DNA from: a virus
Taxonomy: Duplodnaviria; Caudoviricetes
IMG/VR virus record: IMGVR_UViG_3300035670_000307
Coordinates: 1-50,615 of that record
Length of the DNA stretch: 50,615 nucleotides
Direction: 5' to 3' (one strand)
This document shows positions 34,977 through 45,143 of this stretch, in pieces. The translations under genes and the position numbers were made by a program. The notes under the pieces are model-generated. The model saw nothing but the letters and a program-made list of their open reading frames with translations, searched no databases and was not told where the DNA came from. Positions within the stretch are counted from its first letter, which is position 1. Each line of letters begins with the position of its first letter.

Positions 34977-37900
34977 TATCTACCCCACGAGGAAGCGCCG
35001 TTGGCTCTTGCTCGAGCAACGTCATTGTCCAGTTCGCTGACGGTCTGCGTGTCCATGTTGCCTTCGTAAACTCCAAGGCCAAGGCGCGTCAGATCGATGA
35101 TGATTGGCTGCTTCTGACCAGCTACAGCCGGATCTGTGGCAGGTGCCTGTGTGCCAGCGCCGAAGGTAGCATTGTCATTTGCAGCCATGTCGTTCGCGGC
35201 AATCTGCTGTTGCTGCTTCATGAGATCGGCAGTGCTCTGGTTGTTCTTGATCTGCTCATTGAGAAGCTTGCGCTGGGCTTCTGCAGCGGCGATCATGTCG
35301 CTGGTCATGGAGATTTCAGGCGTCATGTTCTGCCCGAAAGCGACATACTGCGCCATCTGTGCAGCTTCGGCAGGATCATAGCCTTGGTTCCGGAACGCTT
35401 CGAAGTTCCGGTTACCCTTCATGCTATTAGCAAGGTCATTCAAACCAGCGCGAGCTTGGAACGCATCAGTCTGGAATGTCAGAAGGTCTGCGCCACCCTT
35501 GATCTGGTTATCGAAGCGCTCGTAAACCTTGTATGTCGCATACAGTGCAACAGCAGCGGCGGCCAAGGCAGCAACAGCCACACCAGCCGTTGTCGCAGCT
35601 GCACCAAGAGCGGCAAGGCGTGTGGCTCCACCAGCCATCGCAGTTGCATAAGATCCGACGATAACACCGTTGAAGGCAGTGACAGCACCTGTCGCCAGAG
35701 CAACAGCGCCCGGGATCCTGCTGAAAGCGAACAGCGCGCCAAGGAGGTATCCGACGTTACCCTGAATTCCGACGCTCTTTAGCGCATCAGAGATCAGCAG
35801 GAACGCATCAGCAATGCCGCGTGCAGCGTCAGCCATGCCTTGGAAGGCCATGCCAATCGTGTCTTTGTTATTGACGATCCACTGCAGGGCATTCGTGATG
35901 ATATCGCGCACCTGGAATGCCAGTTCGAGCGACTTGGAATCGTAAGGCGCATTAGGATCGGTGCTCGAGACGTTATCCTGTCCAGTGACAAGATTGCCGA
36001 GAGCATTCCTGAATCCATAAGCCTGCTTCATACCGCTGGTGGCATCCACAGGTGCAGACTTATCACCGCTAAGCAGGCCCCAAAGCCCCTTTAGTGAGGT
36101 TTTGAGATTTTCGATCTTTTGATTGTAATCCTCGAGATTATTCAGGATCCCAAGGCCAGTTTCATCCAAGAGAGGATTCAACTTTTTCGTGCGGAAACCA
36201 GCAAGGGCCATACTAAGCTGGCCAAGCCAGTAAGCGGCATAGAAGATCGCATCTCCGAATGTCTCGAAGGTGTTTGATCCAGTGAGCGCCTTAAGACCCA
36301 TCTTCGAGATTTCGAAAGACACAGAGATCAATGACGAAGCAAGATCAGCAAGCGGATTGCCCGACAGAGTGCCCTCGTCGAGATTGATGTTAACCTCACG
36401 AATGAAGTCTATCAGAGACTCAAACGCCTGCGACACAGACGGGATAACCACGCCTGACTGCTTCAGGGCATAGAGCGCACGCGAGAACACTTCCTTCACT
36501 TCGGTGAAGACGTCAACCACGCCCAAGCCGACAGTGACAATCGTGTCGAAACCCTTTGCCAGAAAATCGAGCACGCCTTCGAAGCGATAACCGCCCTTGT
36601 TGGCCAGCTCTATGCGCTCATTAATTCTGTCAATTGATGCAGCAAGCTTCTCGCCAAAGCGAGTGAATGCTCCATCCTTCGACAGCGCCGTGAAGATGTT
36701 GGAGATGTTCTGGTAAAGACGCATCATCGATTCATCGAGCTTGCCCGATGCGATGACAGTCTTGGCATTTTCCCAAGCTGACTTCAGACGGCCGAAAGCG
36801 ACACGGCTTGTGTTAGCCATGCTTTCGGCAGCCGCGCCATATTCCTTTTCTAGCTGTGCAGAGAATTTCTTGATGAACTCGGCGGCACTGACATCTTCCT
36901 TCTGCACCATCTCATTGAAATCTTTGACAGACATTCCATAAGCGCGTGCAGCTATTCCGACAGCACCGGGCAGAGCTTCAGCTAGCTGCCCCTTAAGTTC
37001 TTCGGAGTAGATCTTCCCCTTAGAAGCCATCTGCCCGAGAGCAATAAAGGCTCTCTTGGCATTGTCTTCTGTTCCGCCAAGAACGGTGTTGGTGGCAGTC
37101 ACTGTTTTAAACAGCTTCTGCATATCATCACTTGCAAGGCCTGTGCCCTGCGTTGAAGCCTTCAGACGGATGTAGCTGCCAGCAAGGTCATTGACCGACA
37201 GACCATGCTGGTATGCCAGCTGATTAAGGTATGCCAGATCCTGCGCTGTGGTTTGAGCATTTCCAGAGTTTATGTCACGAAGGCCAGGACCATTTGTGTC
37301 AGACGCAAAAACCGGACGGCCATTAGCAGCATTGATTTCAGTGTTAAGCGCACGCAGAGCCGAGACGCTGCCCTGAAGGCTGGCGTTTGAGTTATAGAGA
37401 TTCTGGAATCCGCGTGCCAGTGCAGCAACGCCAAAACCAGCTGACAGGATCGAGAAGCCAAGCGTCCTTACAGCACCGTTGACGGCCGAAACAGCACCAC
37501 GAATCCCGTTGAATACAGGAACGATACCGCCAAGGTTTCTGATCGCAGTAAGAGCGAACGATCCCAGCTGACGCATGCCGCCAAGCGTGGTGTTAAACGT
37601 GAATGAGCCGACACGACCCATCGTGTTGAACAGGCGTCCGAAATCAGCCTGTAGAGACGAAGCGAACGTCTTCAGGCCAGCGCCATTGAACTGGCGACGG
37701 TTGAAGTTGTCCGACTGACGCTGCAGCTCTCGCATCTGCGCAGTGAGACGGTTGGCACGCTTTACATCTTCCTCCGACAGGAGATGGATGCCATGCGCAT
37801 TCAGGAATCCGACAAGACGCTGCAGCTCGAGAAGGTCACGCTTGAGAGATTCCAGATAGCGCTTGTTATCGTCAGACAGTCCGCCCTTTTCCGACTTGAG

Positions 37901-39382
37901 CCGGCCAAGACGGTTGAGCTCCGACTGGATAGCCTTCTGCTCACGGATTGCTTCATCAAGCTTGGCTTTGATGCCAGCTTGAAGCGCAATCCTCGGATCG
38001 GTGTTGACGTTCTTGACCTCACGGATTTGCTGCGCAACCCGGCGCCACTGCTCCTGAAGGCGTGTGACGTCCTTGATCTCGTTGGGATCGAGCAGACCAC
38101 GACCGTTGCTCTTTACCGAACGGATCTGATTGCCGATCTGCGCAAGCTCACCACGCAGACGCTGGAGCTGTTGCAGGTCACGGGCATCGAGAGCACCGGC
38201 CTGTCCAAGCTTGCCGAGACGGTTTAGCTCGCTCTGGACATACTTCTGATCAGCGACCAGGCGACGATACTGATTACGCAGAGCCTCGAGCTTGGCAATC
38301 GCAGGATCGACAGAAGGAGGTGGAACGTTCTGCACCTCACGGATCTTCGCCCCGAGACGGCCGAATTCCCGTGTCAGACGGTCGACGTCCTTGATCTCGT
38401 TGGGATTCAGGATGCTCTTGCCGTTGCGGTTAAGCTCCTGAAGCACCTTGGCGAGATTGCGGTATTCCTGCTTCAGGCGAGCAAGGTCAGCCTGCTCACG
38501 AGCACCGATGCTGTTCTTGTTTCCAAGGTCATTAAGACGCTTGTATTCCTTCGACAGCTGCGTCTGCTCGCGGACAGCGCCTGCCAGATCGCCACGAAGC
38601 TTGCTGGCATAGCTGTTAGGAGCTGACGAGGAATTCTTAACCTCACGGATCTGCTGTGCAACCAGTCTCCACTGATCTTGCAGACGGGCAACGTCCTTGA
38701 GCTCGTTAGGATCGAGCAGTCCCTTGCCATTCGTCTTGACCGTGCGGATCTGACGACCAACGTCAGCAAGCTCGTTGCGAAGGGACTGAAGCTTCTGGAA
38801 GTCGGCAGATCCCAGATTGCCCGCAGCACCAAGCCGAGACAGTCTCGAGATTTCGTTCTGCAGGAACTTCTGATCTACCAGAAGACGGCGATACTGATCA
38901 CGCAGAGCCTGTGCACGCGCAACGTTCGGATCCACCGGGGTAGGTGGCACATTGCGGACAGAGCGGATCTTTTCACCAAGACGACCGAATTCACGAGTGA
39001 GACGTTCAACGTCTGTGAATTCACCGGGATCGAGTATACGACGGCCGTTCCGGTTAAGGTCACGGATGACACGGCCGATATTATTGTATTCCTGCTTTAG
39101 TCTGGCAAGATCGGTCTGTTCGCGTGACCCAAGAGCATTCTTCGATCCGAGATCCTGAAGACGACGCATCTCCTTGGCGAGATAAGCCTGCTCTTTGATC
39201 GCCCGGGCATAATCTTCACGAAGCTTGTTCGCAAAATTGGTCGCACCGGCCTTCTTGCCCATGCGAGACAGCTGTTCATCCGTCCTTGCAGCATCCTGCG
39301 AGATAACCCGCAGGGCATCCTGAACATCCTTGTGTCCAAGCGCCTTGAAGAACAGCTCAATCGTGGAACGCTCTTTACCCAT
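34976..39382 (-). CDS. tape measure protein
   Basis: 1468 aa; LGQMASKGKIYSEELKGQLAEALPGA TMP domain; five ~105-aa N-terminal repeats. Confidence 0.92.
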   Translation of the reverse strand: MGKERSTIELFFKALGHKDVQDALRVISQDAARTDEQLSRMGKKAGATNFANKLREDYARAIKEQAYLAKEMRRLQDLGSKNALGSREQTDLARLKQEYNNIGRVIRDLNRNGRRILDPGEFTDVERLTREFGRLGEKIRSVRNVPPTPVDPNVARAQALRDQYRRLLVDQKFLQNEISRLSRLGAAGNLGSADFQKLQSLRNELADVGRQIRTVKTNGKGLLDPNELKDVARLQDQWRLVAQQIREVKNSSSAPNSYASKLRGDLAGAVREQTQLSKEYKRLNDLGNKNSIGAREQADLARLKQEYRNLAKVLQELNRNGKSILNPNEIKDVDRLTREFGRLGAKIREVQNVPPPSVDPAIAKLEALRNQYRRLVADQKYVQSELNRLGKLGQAGALDARDLQQLQRLRGELAQIGNQIRSVKSNGRGLLDPNEIKDVTRLQEQWRRVAQQIREVKNVNTDPRIALQAGIKAKLDEAIREQKAIQSELNRLGRLKSEKGGLSDDNKRYLESLKRDLLELQRLVGFLNAHGIHLLSEEDVKRANRLTAQMRELQRQSDNFNRRQFNGAGLKTFASSLQADFGRLFNTMGRVGSFTFNTTLGGMRQLGSFALTAIRNLGGIVPVFNGIRGAVSAVNGAVRTLGFSILSAGFGVAALARGFQNLYNSNASLQGSVSALRALNTEINAANGRPVFASDTNGPGLRDINSGNAQTTAQDLAYLNQLAYQHGLSVNDLAGSYIRLKASTQGTGLASDDMQKLFKTVTATNTVLGGTEDNAKRAFIALGQMASKGKIYSEELKGQLAEALPGAVGIAARAYGMSVKDFNEMVQKEDVSAAEFIKKFSAQLEKEYGAAAESMANTSRVAFGRLKSAWENAKTVIASGKLDESMMRLYQNISNIFTALSKDGAFTRFGEKLAASIDRINERIELANKGGYRFEGVLDFLAKGFDTIVTVGLGVVDVFTEVKEVFSRALYALKQSGVVIPSVSQAFESLIDFIREVNINLDEGTLSGNPLADLASSLISVSFEISKMGLKALTGSNTFETFGDAIFYAAYWLGQLSMALAGFRTKKLNPLLDETGLGILNNLEDYNQKIENLKTSLKGLWGLLSGDKSAPVDATSGMKQAYGFRNALGNLVTGQDNVSSTDPNAPYDSKSLELAFQVRDIITNALQWIVNNKDTIGMAFQGMADAARGIADAFLLISDALKSVGIQGNVGYLLGALFAFSRIPGAVALATGAVTAFNGVIVGSYATAMAGGATRLAALGAAATTAGVAVAALAAAAVALYATYKVYERFDNQIKGGADLLTFQTDAFQARAGLNDLANSMKGNRNFEAFRNQGYDPAEAAQMAQYVAFGQNMTPEISMTSDMIAAAEAQRKLLNEQIKNNQSTADLMKQQQQIAANDMAANDNATFGAGTQAPATDPAVAGQKQPIIIDLTRLGLGVYEGNMDTQTVSELDNDVARARANGASSWGR

Positions 39383-39452
39383 TCAGGTATCCTAGCATAA
39401 CTGGCATGAAAATTGCTAGAGCAGCTAGCAGCGTCCCACGACTAAAGCCGAG

Positions 39453-39926
39453 TCAGAATGGGATCTCGTCTTCTTCAAAGCGGGAATTGCCGCCTCTTTG
39501 ATCACCACGGTCACGCTCATCACGCCTGTCATCACGGCGATCATCGTTGCGAGCATTGCCACGACCGGTGTCATTGCCACCTTCTGCACGCCCCAGAAGC
39601 TTCAGCTCTCCGGTGTATTTTTCGACCACAACTTCTGTGACCAGGCGATCATTGCCGTCCTTGTCGACCCATTTGCGTGTCTTGAGCTTGCCCTCGAGAT
39701 AGACCTGCGAACCCTTCTTCAGGAACCGCTCTGCAACATCGATAATACGCTCATTGAAGATTACGATGTTGTGCCACTCTGTGGCTTCCTTGCGATCGCC
39801 TTCGCGTGTCTTATAAACGTCGGTTGTAGCAAGACGGAAGCTGGTAAGCTTGCCATTGCCGATCTCACGGGTTTCCGGGTCGGATCCCAGATTACCAATC
39901 AGTGTTACCTTATTGAGGCTGCTCAA
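39453..39926 (-). CDS. ssb: single-stranded DNA-binding protein
   Basis: LNKVTLIGNLGSDPE, TEWHNIV, LKKGSQVYLEGKLKTRKW, acidic EEDEIPF tail. Confidence 0.97.
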   Translation of the reverse strand: MSSLNKVTLIGNLGSDPETREIGNGKLTSFRLATTDVYKTREGDRKEATEWHNIVIFNERIIDVAERFLKKGSQVYLEGKLKTRKWVDKDGNDRLVTEVVVEKYTGELKLLGRAEGGNDTGRGNARNDDRRDDRRDERDRGDQRGGNSRFEEDEIPF

Positions 39927-40350
39927 TTTTACTCTCCTTCATAGCGAAGAACATCTTCGCCTGTTCAAGTGCGGCTTGGCTGGCACTTTCATAATCGTCG
40001 CTGTTTTCGACGTCTTCGGCAGGCTTGTGCTGCACCAGTTTCACCACCTCACGCTTCATGAGACGGTTCACATGCTCGTCGAACAATGAGACGGCCTTGC
40101 CGCCATTCACACCGGCCGCGATAGCGAGGAACGTGGCTCTTGCATCAGCAGCACGACGCCTGTTCAAGGCTGCTGTCATATTGCGATGCAGACAGACCAT
40201 GCGCCTTGGCGAAAGTGTTTCAGGGCATGGATGCACGCCGTTCAAGCGCAGATCCATGCACATCTCCGACCAAAGCTGCCAGAGGCTTACTTGGTCTTGG
40301 CTACTGCCTTCTTCGCCACCTTCTTCGGGGCGGCGATAGGTTCGTTTCCC
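39910..40350 (-). CDS. tail assembly chaperone GT extension reached by -1 frameshift
   Basis: the -1 frame is open from the slippery G GGA AAC (40344-40350) into the 39910..40263 ORF. Confidence 0.75.
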   Translation of the reverse strand, partial: GKRTYRRPEEGGEEGSSQDQVSLWQLWSEMCMDLRLNGVHPCPETLSPRRMVCLHRNMTAALNRRRAADARATFLAIAAGVNGGKAVSLFDEHVNRLMKREVVKLVQHKPAEDVENSDDYESASQAALEQAKMFFAMKESKIEQPQ

Positions 40351-40712
40351 TCGTCTTCAACAATGACGTTCTGGGGCATGCTGACAGACAGGATCTTGTT
40401 CGCAGCTACCTGACGCTCGATCCGAGAGAAACCAAAGCGAATGGTGTTGCAGGTATTTTCGAAGTCTTCATCGCTAATGTCAGCAGCGGTTGTCGCTGTA
40501 GCGATGATGGCTACCTGAAGCTCTGTCTCATCAACAGCGGCAGGAGCACCTTCAAAAAAGGCAGCTACATTGGGGAACTTGCGGCTGATACGGGCAAATT
40601 CATCGATTGCGATTTCGCGAAAGGCAACTTCACGACCACGAATATTGAGAACGTTTGGTTCGACCACATCCGGAACGGGGATATAGTCAAAGGGGTTCAC
40701 TGTAGTGCTCAT
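40287..40712 (-). CDS. tail assembly chaperone G
   Basis: lies between tail tube and TMP; contains the slippery heptamer. Confidence 0.75.
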   Translation of the reverse strand: MSTTVNPFDYIPVPDVVEPNVLNIRGREVAFREIAIDEFARISRKFPNVAAFFEGAPAAVDETELQVAIIATATTAADISDEDFENTCNTIRFGFSRIERQVAANKILSVSMPQNVIVEDEGNEPIAAPKKVAKKAVAKTK

Positions 40713-40738
40713 AAATTCTCCCGGTTGATCAAAGGTAA

Positions 40739-40766
40739 CCCGGGGGAGCGATCACTCTCCCCCGGG
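40739..40766 (-). terminator. stem-loop after the tail tube gene
   Basis: CCCGGGGGAG/CTCCCCCGGG stem. Confidence 0.55.
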
Positions 40767-40773
40767 GCATTCA

Positions 40774-41556
40774 TCAGGCAGCTTGGATCAGATACCCATA
40801 CTGCTCGCCAGTCGGCTTGGTGGTGTCGGCGAGAACCGTAAACTTACCAGTCACAGTCTTGAGTTCGGCGTTGGTATCGATCTCCGAAATGTCGCCATCC
40901 AGAACAATCGAAACACGGTGCAGAATTGCAGTAACAGGCTTGGTCGGGTTGTCCGCCTTGACGCGCTCCTGGAACATCATTTCCATCTCGAACTTCGAGT
41001 TTGCGAGCAGGTAGTTGGTCTTCAGCTGCTTCTGATTGCAGCCGAAATCAACCTGAACGTCATCACCAGCAACAACACCAGCGGGCAGCGCAGTGATTGT
41101 CACAACAGCATAGCTGTCGCCATCATTGTGCAGCACGTAGTGAGTGCCTTCATCGAATTCGATGGCATCACCATCGGAAACTACAACATCCTTCACATCG
41201 AACTTTTCGAGAACGATCACGTTGCCAACAGCAGCCTTGCCAGTGACAGTGATCGAAGCGGATGCAGGCTGATTGACCGCATTCTCATCGCCCATGGCTG
41301 CAATCATCTTGGCAGCCTTGTTCCACTGGAAGAACTTTATTGTTCCAGTGATTTCAGCACCATCAAAATCCTGAAAGGACAGCGCCTTGTTGGCCGATTC
41401 AGGGGTGTAACGCTTGAACTCGTCACCAGCGCTGAAAGAGCGGGTAAGTTCAACGTCACCAAAGTAAAGGCCGTGTCCGGCAAGAACACCAGTCAGGAAC
41501 TTTCCCGTTGTCTGCCCACGTCCAAACTTGTAACCATCAATTTGCTGCTTGATCAT
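40774..41556 (-). CDS. major tail tube protein
   Basis: YKFGRG N-terminus and GEQYG C-terminus; position; AAGGAG RBS. Confidence 0.75.
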   Translation of the reverse strand: MIKQQIDGYKFGRGQTTGKFLTGVLAGHGLYFGDVELTRSFSAGDEFKRYTPESANKALSFQDFDGAEITGTIKFFQWNKAAKMIAAMGDENAVNQPASASITVTGKAAVGNVIVLEKFDVKDVVVSDGDAIEFDEGTHYVLHNDGDSYAVVTITALPAGVVAGDDVQVDFGCNQKQLKTNYLLANSKFEMEMMFQERVKADNPTKPVTAILHRVSIVLDGDISEIDTNAELKTVTGKFTVLADTTKPTGEQYGYLIQAA

Positions 41557-41567
41557 TTCCAAACTCC

Positions 41568-42032
41568 TTAAAGTGCCCTGCCTGGATCAGCTGTCGACGT
41601 CTTGTAAAAGACTTCAAGTTCGGTCGCCGTGCTGATCACAGTATCGTCGTCGACCTGATCGTAAGACCAGCGGGTTTTGGAGATGAACCAATCATCAGCA
41701 ATACCTGCCAGACCCTCACTCTCTGCTAAAGCCCGCTCAAGGTCACCCATGACAAGGCCTTCAAATTCTTCCGGCGTCATGTCCTTTGGAACTATTGCTA
41801 CGCAAATTAGTCCAATGGTCAGCTGCCTATTCAGGACGCCTCGACCAAGATCGTTGCCACCATCCTTTTTCGAACGCTCTTCGACCAAGGATATGTCGCA
41901 GATCGCACCCTCTTCAGGATGATCGAGCTCCGGCGATGACGAATCTACAGAATTCAAGGACGGCACGGATCTGACCGCAGCTTCAACAGCTGCAAGCAAG
42001 CGTTGCCGGACATGGGTTCCTGTGAACGTCAT
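41568..42032 (-). CDS. tail terminator protein
   Basis: HVRQRLLAAV N-terminus, acidic, YKT...DP C-terminus; position. Confidence 0.7.
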   Translation of the reverse strand: MTFTGTHVRQRLLAAVEAAVRSVPSLNSVDSSSPELDHPEEGAICDISLVEERSKKDGGNDLGRGVLNRQLTIGLICVAIVPKDMTPEEFEGLVMGDLERALAESEGLAGIADDWFISKTRWSYDQVDDDTVISTATELEVFYKTSTADPGRAL

Positions 42033-42086
42033 AACGCGATAATAGCCTAAAACATGCTAGAAATGCAAGATACATGCCAAATGGCT

Positions 42087-42416
42087 TCAGCGCTGGATAA
42101 GCTTGACGTAACAGGTGGTAATTCCGAGCGGTGATTTATCAGCTCGCGTTACTTCGAATACCCTGCCGTCCTTGAGCGTGACCGTATCCTTGGTCATGGT
42201 CTTTTGATCCCAAGGAAGCCCGTCAATGCGGAATACGCGCTCATGGGTGAATGAGGCACGCTCGCCAATCTTGTCGGTCGCGACCAGCTTCTGCTTGTCG
42301 TATATGTCGACGTCGGTAAGCGTCTCGTTGGTCTTGGCATGAAAATAGTCGCCTTTGAGGCCACCATTCAAACCCTTGATCAGGATCGAGCCAAAACCGC
42401 TCATTCCGCCCAGCAT
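42087..42416 (-). CDS. head-tail joining protein (gpFII-like)
   Basis: size, position and the DTVTL.DGRVFEV beta motif. Confidence 0.6.
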   Translation of the reverse strand: MLGGMSGFGSILIKGLNGGLKGDYFHAKTNETLTDVDIYDKQKLVATDKIGERASFTHERVFRIDGLPWDQKTMTKDTVTLKDGRVFEVTRADKSPLGITTCYVKLIQR

Positions 42417-42487
42417 ATTTAATTCCTAAAAATAAGGGCGAGCACCCGTTGCCGAATGCCCGCCCTTTCCGCCGTGGTTTATTCCTA

Positions 42488-42889
42488 TTAGGCGTCAGCG
42501 CCGCCAGCATCCTCGATTGCTTCTGCCTTGGTTGTGACCGGCAGAATTTCGACAGAAACCTGAATCACCTTGGTTTCACCTGCTTCAACTTCGCCCATCG
42601 CATAACCGATCAGACGGCCTGATGCGTTGCCAAACTTCGGAGTGGCATTGTCATCAAAATAGACGTCATCGCCGATACCGATATCAGTTGAAGTCGCCTT
42701 CACTTCGACAGCGAACACACCGGTGCGATCCAGAGTGAACAGCTCACCTTCAGCGTTTTCAGCCGAGCAAGTCAGCTGCGAAAAACCGAAGAATCCGCCG
42801 ATAGCGATAGGCTGGCCAACCGTGATGCCCTCTGCAGGCACCGGAAGGGTGATGACCGAGTTATTCTTGTAAACCTTGGTTCCGTTCAT
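42488..42889 (-). CDS. capsid cement/decoration protein (DUF2190-like)
   Basis: TGVFAV...IGDDVYFD...IGYA motif; directly after the capsid gene. Confidence 0.75.
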   Translation of the reverse strand: MNGTKVYKNNSVITLPVPAEGITVGQPIAIGGFFGFSQLTCSAENAEGELFTLDRTGVFAVEVKATSTDIGIGDDVYFDDNATPKFGNASGRLIGYAMGEVEAGETKVIQVSVEILPVTTKAEAIEDAGGADA

Positions 42890-42916
42890 GACCTTAACTC
42901 CAAAAATCCTGTTGCC

Positions 42917-42940
42917 TCGGGGTGGCCCGCGCCACCCCGA
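42917..42940 (-). terminator. stem-loop after the capsid gene
   Basis: TCGGGGTGGC/GCCACCCCGA stem. Confidence 0.55.
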
Positions 42941-42950
42941 TCACCTCTCA

Positions 42951-45038
42951 TCAGGCAGGGAAGACAGCCTTCACGGCGCCAAGGTGGCTTGCGCCGACGA
43001 AGTTCGAGTGCTGGTAGGATTCCCAGTCGACACGAAGTGCCGAAGTCATCGCCAGACGCTCGATGCGAGGATCGCCATTGCCCTGCAGGAAGGCGCGCTT
43101 GATCATGCCCTTGATGCCATTGGCACCAGCAAGATAGCAGGTCTTTTCCTTGAATGAGTCGACAACCACAACTTCGATGCCGGTGTAAGCCTGCACGTCA
43201 GAAGCCTTCGTCGCATTGATCTGGGCAGTCAGCTTGCGAGCCTTACGCTCCAGATCATACGAGACGATCAGGTAACGGGGAGCAGTGCGGACAGCGATCC
43301 CACCAAGCTTGGGCGACTGCGACTGTGTGCGCAGAGCGATAACCATCTTTTCGAGGTTATCTTCGTCAAGATCAGTGATGTTGACGAGGTTGCCAGCGGC
43401 CTGCGAGAAGATCTTGCGCTTACCATCCGAGCTGTTGACATAACCGTTCTCGAGAACGTTCATGAACAGAGCTTCGTTGTAGAAGTTCCAGGTGATGCCC
43501 AGATCGCGCATGCCTTCCATGAACATGCCAATGTTGTCGCGGATCAGAGCCTGAACAGTCAGGGCGATCTTGATACCATGGGTATCAGTCTTCGCCGTGT
43601 AGCTGTTGCCGCTCATTGAGGCGAGGGGCAGTTCGCCGTCTTCCGAAACCTTCGCGATTCCGTTGAACAGCGACATTGAGAAGACCTGACGGCCATCAAA
43701 GTCGGTCATCGGCATCTGGCCGGCAAGGCGCTGCCAGTTGGTTTCAGGGATGGTTTCCTTCCAGCTCTGATCAATCACAGCCTGTGCCGGCTTGGCATAG
43801 ATTGCGAGGAAGTCGGAGCTGGTGATACCACCGCCAACCGAACGCTTCAGAGCCTGTTCGACAAGCGAAGCGTCAGAAGCGCGCTCGTCAACGAATTCAC
43901 CCATCGAGCGAAGGTAGGCAATAGCCGCACCACGCTGGCCATGACCGGCATACTGGCGAGCCTGATCAGAGGGAGTGAACGAACCTGTTGCAGTGCGGTC
44001 AAGCAGTTCCGCAGTGAACATTTCACCGCGAAGCTCCATTTCCGTGCGGAAAGAGCGCTGATTGTTAGCGCCCGAGCCATCAGCGTTAATGCTCACTTCG
44101 GTCTTCCTTTCGTTTGAAACTTCGTTCTTGAGGTTGGCGCGGACGAAATCAGCGAACGAGACGCCTTCTTCGATGGCACGCGATGCAACAGAAACATCGA
44201 GACTGTTTGCAGCGGCATAACGGGTGATATCAGCAGCATCCGGGCTGACAGTGCGCTCGCCAGAAGCTTCGGGAGCAGCAGTGGTTGTTTCAGTCGCAGC
44301 AGCGGCCGGAGCAGCAGGAGCCTGGTCGTTACGCTGCTCGTTGCTTACAGAAGCAGGAGCTTCACTACCTTCAGTCTTAACAGTCACATCTACCTCCGAT
44401 GTATTTGCAGGTGCAGTGCGAGATTGATCTTCCCGGACACTGCACCCGCTGTCCGCCGGAATAGCCACAAGGCTAATTTCGTAAGGCTCCCAATCGACAG
44501 CCCGCTTTTCTGTGATCTTTCCTTCGGCTTTCGTGATTTCCCACTTACGAACACGATAACCGACAGAAATCTTTCCGATGATGCCGTCACGAACATCCAT
44601 CCAGATATCGTCAACATCAGAACGGTTGGAAAAACGGACAGTAGCGTAACCAACGCCGTCTTCAATCCAGACCTTTTCGACACGGCCAAGAACATCTTCA
44701 AGACTATATGACCAGTGCGAATTCAGGAGCGGTGCCCCATCGTTCATGCGACCAAGGTCAATAGAATCTTCGTCAACTTGAAGGGATTCGTTATAAAATT
44801 CGTCGCGATACCAGTCATAACGAAGGACAGTCGCACCAGTCGTCCAGATTACATCTACTGTTCTGGACTTGCTGCCAGTTGTCTCGTCGACAATCTCACG
44901 AGCAGTGTTTGAGCGAACTGTGACTTCGCGAAGCGAGAGCTCATCACCGCTTTCGAAACGAGCAATACCGTTACGGATCTCGACAGGCGCATGGCCAGCG
45001 AACCTTCCGATATCGTTATTTCGAGCTGCCTGTGGCAC
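42951..45038 (-). CDS. prohead protease-major capsid fusion protein
   Basis: HK97-type protease motifs PLLNSH, ISVGY, WEPYEISLVAIPAD, then a linker and capsid domain (TSSDF, PRYLIV); start moved to GTG 45038 after the GAAGGAAG RBS. Confidence 0.88.
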   Translation of the reverse strand: MPQAARNNDIGRFAGHAPVEIRNGIARFESGDELSLREVTVRSNTAREIVDETTGSKSRTVDVIWTTGATVLRYDWYRDEFYNESLQVDEDSIDLGRMNDGAPLLNSHWSYSLEDVLGRVEKVWIEDGVGYATVRFSNRSDVDDIWMDVRDGIIGKISVGYRVRKWEITKAEGKITEKRAVDWEPYEISLVAIPADSGCSVREDQSRTAPANTSEVDVTVKTEGSEAPASVSNEQRNDQAPAAPAAAATETTTAAPEASGERTVSPDAADITRYAAANSLDVSVASRAIEEGVSFADFVRANLKNEVSNERKTEVSINADGSGANNQRSFRTEMELRGEMFTAELLDRTATGSFTPSDQARQYAGHGQRGAAIAYLRSMGEFVDERASDASLVEQALKRSVGGGITSSDFLAIYAKPAQAVIDQSWKETIPETNWQRLAGQMPMTDFDGRQVFSMSLFNGIAKVSEDGELPLASMSGNSYTAKTDTHGIKIALTVQALIRDNIGMFMEGMRDLGITWNFYNEALFMNVLENGYVNSSDGKRKIFSQAAGNLVNITDLDEDNLEKMVIALRTQSQSPKLGGIAVRTAPRYLIVSYDLERKARKLTAQINATKASDVQAYTGIEVVVVDSFKEKTCYLAGANGIKGMIKRAFLQGNGDPRIERLAMTSALRVDWESYQHSNFVGASHLGAVKAVFPA

Positions 45039-45143
45039 TAACTCACTTCCTTCTTTCAACGTCGATAGCGATAATAGCAGAGTTGGCACGAAAATTGCAA
45101 GTGTCAGCCCGCAAGCTCTCGGAAGAGCCTGCGGGCATCAGGT

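Noticed and set aside
40783-41571. 262-aa + strand ORF and similar long antisense ORFs (45516-46517, 26425-27180, 18852-19490, 12982-13629)
   Set aside because: They are shadows of well-supported genes on the opposite strand, with no RBS or motifs
45039-45089. ORF-track starts for capsid (45089), terS (50206) and A1 (30645)
   Set aside because: These extensions run through predicted promoters; downstream starts at 45038, 50170 and 30534 fit the RBS or leaderless geometry better
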